DNA of 64,000 nucleotides from a virus (Duplodnaviria; Caudoviricetes): the IMG/VR virus record IMGVR_UViG_3300011226_000001, positions 96,001 through 160,000 of that record. One strand, 5' to 3'. Positions 9,094 to 16,495 of this stretch are shown in pieces (the first letter of the stretch is position 1; each line of letters begins with the position of its first letter). A program made the translations under genes and the position numbers. The notes beneath the pieces were generated by a model that was given only the letters and a program-made list of their open reading frames with translations, was not told the DNA's origin and did not search any database.

Positions 9094-9588
9094 TTACAGC
9101 TTGATTTCAATCTCAACGCCTAAACGTTGTTTCAGGTGCGCTACGATTTCTTCTACAGTGAAGTCGTCGAGTGACTTCGTTTCTCTGTTAGCGATCTTGC
9201 GCACAGCGCTCGGCGTGTAGGCGAACTGCGTATGACGATCACGAAATGCTACAGGGATTGTCGTGTCGAGTGTATGATACATGCGATTGTTACGCATTGC
9301 ACGAATAGACGCAGCGAGTTCAGGCGGCAGACGCTCCATGCCTACGTCGATAGTCTCACGGTCGATGCTGCTCCAGCTCAGTCTGGCCCAGTTTTGTTGC
9401 GTGTCAGACTGCAACAGGTCAACGTTAATGCGCGTCAGGTGGTACAAGTTATCAGAGCCATCGACAGATGCGATAACGCCGATGACGTTATCGATACGCT
9501 TGCGATTGAAGCCACGCATCAGAAATTGTTTGTCGTACAGATCAGCGACGCTCATGCGAAGAATCAGATATTGGTTTTTCATAGTCAA
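9094..9588 (-). CDS. Hypothetical protein
   Basis: 164 aa; GAGG SD. Confidence 0.7.
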   Translation of the reverse strand: MTMKNQYLILRMSVADLYDKQFLMRGFNRKRIDNVIGVIASVDGSDNLYHLTRINVDLLQSDTQQNWARLSWSSIDRETIDVGMERLPPELAASIRAMRNNRMYHTLDTTIPVAFRDRHTQFAYTPSAVRKIANRETKSLDDFTVEEIVAHLKQRLGVEIEIKL

Positions 9589-9630
9589 ACCTCAGGCAGA
9601 AAGTAGAAATGGGGCCGAAGCCCCATAAGA

Positions 9631-9876
9631 TTAACGCACGTCTTCGAGTTCGCCGTCAGTGTCAGGCAGCTTCTCCGCCAAGAAGCGACGCAGATCATCT
9701 TCATGGCCGATGATTGCAACTTCGGGATAGCCGTTCGGGCCGACAGTCTGCGTAACAGTCAGGCGCAGGTCATACGGCTTGAGCCAGTCGTTAGAAGACT
9801 CGCCATCTTCAAATACGATTTCAGTCGGCGATGCTACGTCTGCGATAAGGTCGAGTGTGATTTGTTTCTCTGACAT
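9631..9876 (-). CDS. Small acidic early protein
   Basis: 81 aa; first gene after an early promoter. Confidence 0.7.
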   Translation of the reverse strand: MSEKQITLDLIADVASPTEIVFEDGESSNDWLKPYDLRLTVTQTVGPNGYPEVAIIGHEDDLRRFLAEKLPDTDGELEDVR

Positions 9877-9923
9877 GATATTGCCTCTTTCTTGATTGAG
9901 CGCGTCATTGCGCTAGAGATTAC

Positions 9924-9968
9924 ATAGTACGCCATTGAGCGCCTAAACTCAATGGCGATTTTGTCCAG
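9924..9968 (-). promoter_or_regulatory. Early sigma70-type promoter with upstream box and overlapping palindrome
   Basis: CTGGACAAAATCGCC-a-TTGAGT-17nt-TACTAT; inverted repeat GCCATTGAG..CTCAATGGC at 9931-9956. Confidence 0.68.
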
Positions 9969-9979
9969 ATTTGTGCTGA

Positions 9980-10600
9980 TTAGAGATACACGTTCAGGCG
10001 AGCGAGCAACGGGAAGTCGCTACCGTCTTGCTTAACGCCGTTGTCTTTCGACAGTTCGATAACATGTGAGGTGCGTTCTGTGATTTGCGCCACATACTTC
10101 TCTTTGTTGCGTCGATGCTGGTGAATGTCGGTCACTGAAATATCTTGATCGTGCAACACAAGCACCAGCTCTGTCAGGCTGATCATGCCGCCTTTATATT
10201 GAATCAGACGCTCGCGCACGTCATGGTTCAGACACAACATGTTCGGTTCGTTGCCGGATGCGTGGTTAGATACGCAGAAGCGAGGGGCAGCAGCCACATC
10301 TTCGGGGCACATAAGATATTGCTGTGCGCTTTCGGTCAATACGTCTTTAGGCAACACTGACGGTGGCATTGCGTGAACGTCGGTCAGTGGATCGAACTCA
10401 ACACGCACGTTTGCTTCATCAACAGGCGTCAGGGTGATGTTGCGTACGGCGAATGCGTTACCTAACCCCGTGTTCGCATACACGATGAAGATTTCAGATT
10501 CCACCAGCTCCTGCACTTGCTTAGAAGCGATAGTGAATGAACCAGCAGCCAGAGAAGCGTAAGAGCGTTTAACAAAGAAAGTAGTGATGTGCATAGGCAT
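9980..10600 (-). CDS. Hypothetical protein
   Basis: 206 aa ORF. Confidence 0.7.
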   Translation of the reverse strand: MPMHITTFFVKRSYASLAAGSFTIASKQVQELVESEIFIVYANTGLGNAFAVRNITLTPVDEANVRVEFDPLTDVHAMPPSVLPKDVLTESAQQYLMCPEDVAAAPRFCVSNHASGNEPNMLCLNHDVRERLIQYKGGMISLTELVLVLHDQDISVTDIHQHRRNKEKYVAQITERTSHVIELSKDNGVKQDGSDFPLLARLNVYL

Positions 10601-10662
10601 GGTCGTGTCTCTCTATAGAAGTAAGAGAAGCGGGGCCGTAACCCCGCAGTCATTGTTAGTGT

Positions 10663-11013
10663 TTACAGCAGGTCGAGTTCTTCGATTGCGGCAGAGAGCT
10701 GGTCTAGGTCAACAGTGCTGAACGTATAGTCATTCATATCTGGGTAGCCTGCATAGTGCAGAACATAATTCTCGTCTTCGCCTGCTTCGTCAGTGTACGG
10801 CAGATCTAAGAAGAAGCCAAACTCGTCACTGACTTCATCTTCTTCGGCATCATAGCCAACAACCATAACAATCAAATCATCTTCGGCACCGTCAGTAACG
10901 ATAACGCGAGCGTCGGTACGTTTCATTTTCGCGTTAAGCGTGTCAGCGAGTTCTTGCAACATCTGACGATCAGATTCAGTGAATACGCGACCAGCTTGTT
11001 TGACTTCGTTCAT
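10663..11013 (-). CDS. Highly acidic early protein
   Basis: Start MNEVKQ at 11013 after the ATGCT-GAGG-AGCAT hairpin; about a quarter of residues are D/E. Confidence 0.75.
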   Translation of the reverse strand: MNEVKQAGRVFTESDRQMLQELADTLNAKMKRTDARVIVTDGAEDDLIVMVVGYDAEEDEVSDEFGFFLDLPYTDEAGEDENYVLHYAGYPDMNDYTFSTVDLDQLSAAIEELDLL

Positions 11014-11066
11014 TGTATGCTCCTCAGCATTAGTTGTATGTGCTACGTCATGTAGCGTCTGCATAT

Positions 11067-11112
11067 ATTGTATCATAGGGCGCATATGCGTGTATATAGC
11101 TATTTTGTCCAG
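11067..11112 (-). promoter_or_regulatory. Early sigma70-type promoter with upstream box
   Basis: CTGGACAAAATAGCT-a-TATACA-18nt-TACAAT (TG extended). Confidence 0.65.
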
Positions 11113-11189
11113 TTATTTGCAGACTTCGCAGATCGTAGGTCGATTCAATTTGAGCTGAGTCACAGTCACTTTTCAGGTCGATCAGACGT

Positions 11190-11218
11190 AAAAAAGGGCA
11201 GCCGAAGCCACCCTCTTT
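11190..11218 (-). terminator. Intrinsic terminator
   Basis: AGGGTGGC-TTCG-GCTGCCCT followed by TTTTT. Confidence 0.75.
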
Positions 11219-11220
11219 GT

Positions 11221-12861
11221 TTACGCTTTGGGACTCAGAATTGACTTGTCGATCATACCGAGCAGGTCAACGATATCGAACGTTGCACCAATCTTCTTCT
11301 GCTTGCCAGTAGCGCCGGTCTGAATTGTCCACGCTTTGTCTGTCAGGCGAATCGTATACATTTTGGTGCCTTTCGCCACAACAACACCATCAGACGTTGC
11401 GGAGACTTGCGACTTAGGCAAATTGTTTTGCAGGGTGTTGCGCAGCGCATTGAAATATTCTTCACGCGCCTGCAAAGGCTTGGCTGCAATCTTACGTGCG
11501 GTAACTTCTGCCAGTTCGTCCACCAGCGAGATATCAGATTTACCTGACGGTTGATACGAAGCTGCTTTGGTGACAGTGATCTTCGGCTCTGTCTTGAAGT
11601 TGATTGTCTGGGCTTTTTGCTTTTTAACCCAAGACATAAATGCTTTGGCCTGCGCCTCATCAGCAAACTGGAAGATTGCGCTGTTCGGCTGCTGGTGCTC
11701 ATTAACGACACTACCTCCTACCGCAACTACACCGCGCTGCAAGAACGACTCAGCAGTCTGGTAGCCAGAAGAACCATCGTGGTCACTCGTAATAGAGTCT
11801 TTATTGCGACGGATTGTCAGTGACCATTCGTGGTCATTCTTCGGTTGTTTGAATTGCAGTTTAAGTGCGCCACCGGCAGCCGACTTAACGCTGACAAAAT
11901 CAAACGTCGAAGAAGCGAGTTTTTCTTTCGAAACACGCTCAGGCTTGCCGATGTGATCACGCACAACACGCGTTGCACCTTCAGGTACTTTACCAGATTT
12001 AGGCAGCTTCGCAGTGGCAGCAAAAGTTTCGCCAGGCTTTCTCGCAGACAACCACTTGAACACTTTCGTTACGTTTGCAGCAGAGCCTAAATCGAAAGCA
12101 GCATCGCCAGCATCAGCTAAGTACCACTTAGGTTTGATACCGGTAGCTTTGAATGCAGCCACCAGCAGCCCGGCGCCGGTCTCGTGTCCGTTACCGTGAG
12201 ACCCAAGACCCAGAAGCGTCGATTGTGTACCGACACCCTTGCGGAACATCAGTGAAGATGTAGTCTCATGGCCTTTAAAGACGCGGCGAATAATGATAGA
12301 CGTGTTTTTGATAGAAGGGTTTTTAACTACACGGTCAATCACGCTCACGTCGTCAGTTGCAGGTGTAGCAGAACCTTTCTTCGGGTCAATCACTTTGTTG
12401 TCTACTGTGGTAGACTCAGGTGCGCCTGGGTTGTCGAGCTTAATCGGCTTCTCTGGCTTGTTGCCAGCAGTACGACGTGCGCGAATCTCTTTTGTCTCTT
12501 GAGCGCGAGCCGCCGCAACATCAGAATGACCAACTAACCACTTCTGAGGAACGCGAATCAGTTTCAACGCTTTGATAGAAGCAGTCAGGGTCTTAGCTAC
12601 AGCAAATGCCCGAGCAGCAGTAATAGTTCTCTTACCGAGTGCAGACGCGGTGAACTTGATGATATCATCATCTTCACCGTCTTTCATCAGCTTGAGTAAA
12701 CCGTCAAGGTGAGCAGTACGCAGTTCTTTGGCGCGACTGAATTTGTCGAGCACTGCGACGATTGAATGGCCCTTAGAGCCAAACATATATACGGCGGCAT
12801 CTTTCTGCGCTTTTGAAGGTGCAGAGGTGGACGCAACGCCTTGAAGTTTTATCAAAGACAT
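11221..12861 (-). CDS. Basic 546-aa protein with leader; putative internal virion protein
   Basis: N-terminus MSLIKLQGVASTSA; CTAATTTT motif upstream at 12900-12907; K/A-rich. Confidence 0.75.
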   Translation of the reverse strand: MSLIKLQGVASTSAPSKAQKDAAVYMFGSKGHSIVAVLDKFSRAKELRTAHLDGLLKLMKDGEDDDIIKFTASALGKRTITAARAFAVAKTLTASIKALKLIRVPQKWLVGHSDVAAARAQETKEIRARRTAGNKPEKPIKLDNPGAPESTTVDNKVIDPKKGSATPATDDVSVIDRVVKNPSIKNTSIIIRRVFKGHETTSSLMFRKGVGTQSTLLGLGSHGNGHETGAGLLVAAFKATGIKPKWYLADAGDAAFDLGSAANVTKVFKWLSARKPGETFAATAKLPKSGKVPEGATRVVRDHIGKPERVSKEKLASSTFDFVSVKSAAGGALKLQFKQPKNDHEWSLTIRRNKDSITSDHDGSSGYQTAESFLQRGVVAVGGSVVNEHQQPNSAIFQFADEAQAKAFMSWVKKQKAQTINFKTEPKITVTKAASYQPSGKSDISLVDELAEVTARKIAAKPLQAREEYFNALRNTLQNNLPKSQVSATSDGVVVAKGTKMYTIRLTDKAWTIQTGATGKQKKIGATFDIVDLLGMIDKSILSPKA

Positions 12862-13292
12862 GTAAGTACTCCGAGTTCGGTTGTGTGTAATGACAGGGGA
12901 AAATTAGTGTTAGAATAAGAAAAGGGCCATCAGATAATCTCTGAAAGCCCTTTTATCGTTAAGCAAGTAGCAACCGGAATTGAAGCGTGTTGTCGCCCTC
13001 TATCTCATGCCAAATAGCTTGACCCACCAGCTCTTGGCCTTTGAAGAAAGAAACTACACTTGACGACTTCTGCTCAGAACGACAATCTTTGGTTGCTTCC
13101 AAGAATTGTTCGCACTGGACGTTTGTCGCCTTCCGCTCACTACAAGCGTTTACTTTATTATTGCACCAGTTCGAAGACCGTGCGTTATACTTCAACCGTA
13201 AGAGGCTACGTCCGCACATGTTATTCTCCAATAACGATATGTCAGCACTACTTGCCAACACATAGAAATTAGATAGCGGGCTAAGATTATTC

Positions 13293-14057
13293 TTAAAAGC
13301 CCGTGAAGTCTCTGAGGATGTATTCCATAAAGAACAAGTGGCGGAAGTGTTCGTGGAAAACGATTCTGTGGTTCTCTGCAAACTTACTGTGCGTAGAGCC
13401 GAGAGACCACAGTAGGTTATGTATTTGCGTCAGGAGTATATCAGGCTGTATACACAGGAACTCCTGCCCGATAGTGATAATCTCTGCGTGTAGCTTGTGG
13501 TAGTCTTCGTTTTCTTTGCACGACATGAGACTATCAATACTGATCGAAGATATGAGATTGGATTGATAGCTAACGTGTTTGCTTTCCAGATTGACGTAAC
13601 TGCGGGCGCCATAATCAAGAATGTGGGCCCATAGATCTGGCGTCTGGTAGACAAGAGACAGCGCACTGTTCTTGAGTTCTGCTTGCCCAGGCTTCTGCTT
13701 CAACGTGTCGATGATATCCAGGACGCGCCCTGAAACTCTACCGAGAGAATCGTCACTGGCGTAGCGCAGATCGTGCATCAACACAATATGAGAGCTGGCA
13801 AATGAAAATTCTTTGTGGCTCACAGGAGGTTCATCAATACCGAAACAGATAAGTGTGTTTGGTAGACTGTTTGAGTTGAGCAATTGTTTGATGTAGGATT
13901 CAACGCTACGTTTTGAAAGGCCTATAATGACCACAGGTTTTGATTTACCGTAGTTCAGGCCGTTATTTTCCAGCGCTCGCGCCATATGGCACAGAGAGCG
14001 GACGTAAGCATCATATGATTCCATAACAGGAATACACAGAGTTTGTACACGAGACAT
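13293..14057 (-). CDS. Hypothetical protein
   Basis: 254 aa, GGAGG SD. Confidence 0.7.
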   Translation of the reverse strand: MSRVQTLCIPVMESYDAYVRSLCHMARALENNGLNYGKSKPVVIIGLSKRSVESYIKQLLNSNSLPNTLICFGIDEPPVSHKEFSFASSHIVLMHDLRYASDDSLGRVSGRVLDIIDTLKQKPGQAELKNSALSLVYQTPDLWAHILDYGARSYVNLESKHVSYQSNLISSISIDSLMSCKENEDYHKLHAEIITIGQEFLCIQPDILLTQIHNLLWSLGSTHSKFAENHRIVFHEHFRHLFFMEYILRDFTGF

Positions 14058-14103
14058 ATTAACCTCCGGGCATAACGCCCATACGTGGAGTTGATTAAGA
14101 GAG

Positions 14104-15126
14104 TTATTCTACGACAGTGCCGCGAACAACACATGGTGGTACCCAGCGTGATTTCAATTCACGCTCACCCTTTAGAGGGCCGTACCAGTAGCTATGGTGG
14201 TGCGCTCGTCGTATGTGAGCACGGCGACCATTTGATTCGTGAGACTTCACTTCGTTTTCGTAGGTACGAATTTCATTCAGTAGCTCTGTACCAACATTCC
14301 ACTCACGAACATCACGAACAGGAATGATTTTGTAGCTATTACCGCTACGTCTAGGTTTGAGTGATTTGATTCCTCCTTTATAAATGTTGTCTACCTGCGA
14401 GGCGACAAATAGCAACACGTTAACTACAGGCTTCATGAGAGCCATAACAGCCTCATTGATCTCACTGCCGTTGTCTGAATTAATGTCAACACCAGTCGCG
14501 CCGTTAGCTCCTACAAGGTGCATGAACCAATCGAAACCATCAGATAGCTCCATATCTTTGGTAATGTCGAATATGATATAGAGCGACATTACTTGATTGC
14601 CTGTGCCGTCATTATACACGCCGAGGCAGGACAAGCTCAGGTGAGTTGCCTCTTGGTAGTTGACGTATGTTGCCCAGAACCCTTCAATATCAATTTCGTA
14701 TTTGTGGCCGGTCGCGACATGTTTGTAGTCAAGTGTGAACACGCAATTGATCCACTGCGACCAATGAGGCAATTGGCGCAGTGTAGAAGTAGGCAGCACT
14801 TTAGGCGCATCGCCCTCAATCAGATGCGGCCACAGTTCTTTCTCAATCACAAACGATGCTTTCGTGAAAGACCAAACGTAATGCGTATAGGTCGCTGACG
14901 AAATAAACATTAACTGACGCGCTATGTCAGGATTGATCTCCGTAGGAATCATATTTGCCCAACGAACAAACTCTTCCATAGGGATTCCGAGTGCAGGGAG
15001 TTTGCCATTGTTCTTTTTCAGGTACGTAGTGAAATGATCAGTTATTTTTGATCGTGCTGCACCGCGAGAGGCAGACTCATGCAGGTAAGCCTCATGTACT
15101 TGGACGAATGTTGCTTTTTCAGACAT
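14104..15126 (-). CDS. AcrVA2/FinQ-like protein
   Basis: LPTSTLRQLPHWSQWI, VNVLLFVAS, WNVG and RAHIRRAHHHSYWYGP..RWVPP blocks match the recalled AcrVA2-family pattern; start MSEKATF. Confidence 0.6.
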   Translation of the reverse strand: MSEKATFVQVHEAYLHESASRGAARSKITDHFTTYLKKNNGKLPALGIPMEEFVRWANMIPTEINPDIARQLMFISSATYTHYVWSFTKASFVIEKELWPHLIEGDAPKVLPTSTLRQLPHWSQWINCVFTLDYKHVATGHKYEIDIEGFWATYVNYQEATHLSLSCLGVYNDGTGNQVMSLYIIFDITKDMELSDGFDWFMHLVGANGATGVDINSDNGSEINEAVMALMKPVVNVLLFVASQVDNIYKGGIKSLKPRRSGNSYKIIPVRDVREWNVGTELLNEIRTYENEVKSHESNGRRAHIRRAHHHSYWYGPLKGERELKSRWVPPCVVRGTVVE

Positions 15127-15221
15127 AAAACCCTCAGACAAAAAAAAAATGGGGAGGCCATCCGGCTCTCCCCTGCCCAATTCGGGCTAGACTACACACA
15201 GCATTGTGTTCGGTTTGGTGA

Positions 15222-15923
15222 TCAGTATTTACAGATTACGTTCATGAAGTAGTAGCGCATCAGGTCTGGATGCAGCATACAATTCTTTTTATGTTTGCGC
15301 AGCATCTGAATGACTTTGTGCAGGTCTTCATAGTGCATGAACATGAAGTCCCGACCAAAAGTATAAGTGGTCGCTGGCATCTCCTGAACTCGCTTCTCAA
15401 ACTCAGGGTCGATTGCCATAGACACAAAGTTGTCTACAGTGATATTAGACTTCAGGTCGAAGTCACCACAAGCAAGTTGAGGCGTACACACCTCTAAGAA
15501 GTCTTTGAATTGCGTGTCTCGAACAATAGACAGGAGTTTCTCAATCGCAGGTTCACCATAGATAGTGATTTGCGTGTCGTTCGTATGTACGGTGCGACCC
15601 AGAGCTTCGAAGATACCTGCGAGAGAATTGGAGAGTCTATCCAGACTTATGTGGTACAAGCTCTCGGACAGCACGACAGGGAGTTGAGCAGGTGCTGTAT
15701 GTCCCCGGAAATTCTGAATGCAATCGTAGGCAGTACCGACGACATTTGCAGGGATATCACGACGCAGAATAGCGTACAGTGCATCGTTAGCGCTGCGGTC
15801 AGTGACGTCCACGTAAAACAATGTTTTGCTCGCAGCATCAGGCTGTTTGGCCTGACGAGCATAACCGTGAATCAAGCCATGCAGTGCTTCGGTCGGCATG
15901 ATATTAGTTTGGATCTTTTTCAT
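15222..15923 (-). CDS. Hypothetical protein
   Basis: 233 aa, AGGAG SD. Confidence 0.72.
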   Translation of the reverse strand: MKKIQTNIMPTEALHGLIHGYARQAKQPDAASKTLFYVDVTDRSANDALYAILRRDIPANVVGTAYDCIQNFRGHTAPAQLPVVLSESLYHISLDRLSNSLAGIFEALGRTVHTNDTQITIYGEPAIEKLLSIVRDTQFKDFLEVCTPQLACGDFDLKSNITVDNFVSMAIDPEFEKRVQEMPATTYTFGRDFMFMHYEDLHKVIQMLRKHKKNCMLHPDLMRYYFMNVICKY

Positions 15924-15933
15924 AAGTCACTCC

Positions 15934-15985
15934 TGGCGCATTGCCTATCGAGTTGGGTTGTTTTGCTTGTGGCGCATTGCCTATC
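15934..15985 (-). repeat. 16-bp direct repeat in 5' leader
   Basis: TGGCGCATTGCCTATC at 15934-15949 and 15970-15985. Confidence 0.85.
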
Positions 15986-16023
15986 AAGCGAGAGAATGTG
16001 GGAGACTTGCTCCCACTCAGTAT

Positions 16024-16446
16024 TTACAGTTTTACTACAGACGCATTGAAACGAACGATCTCTACGGTGTCAGCGTCACGCACTTCGACAACTGCAACGT
16101 ATGGGTGCTCACCTTGCAGACCGCGAACAACCTGCATACCGACGATAGAACCGATGTTGCCAGCTTCGATATCAGCAACGCGTTCAATCGGATCGAAGTA
16201 GTCGGACAGTGCTTCGCCGTAGAACAGAGGTACTGCGTCAGGCGATGCGATAACGATCAAGCGGCAGTCAGAGTCAGTAGGTTCAGTTAACCCATCAGAC
16301 AGACGCACAAGCTCGTCAACACTGACGGTCAGTTCGCCTTCGACGTTCGGCACGATTGTCTGACTAACAATCTCTTCACCAGTTTCTTCGACGGTCTCCG
16401 TCTTTTCCAGATTGACGATATCAGCAGTAAAGATTTGAGTACGCAT
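16024..16446 (-). CDS. Acidic hypothetical protein
   Basis: 140 aa, AGGAG SD. Confidence 0.7.
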   Translation of the reverse strand: MRTQIFTADIVNLEKTETVEETGEEIVSQTIVPNVEGELTVSVDELVRLSDGLTEPTDSDCRLIVIASPDAVPLFYGEALSDYFDPIERVADIEAGNIGSIVGMQVVRGLQGEHPYVAVVEVRDADTVEIVRFNASVVKL

Positions 16447-16495
16447 TGGTTCTCCTTATACGAGGAAAGGGAGAGCCGAAGCCCTCCCGAATTTA

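Noticed and set aside
12959-13381. 140-aa minus-strand ORF as a gene
   Set aside because: It overlaps the upstream gene with no clear RBS; a shorter gene may exist here but its start cannot be supported.
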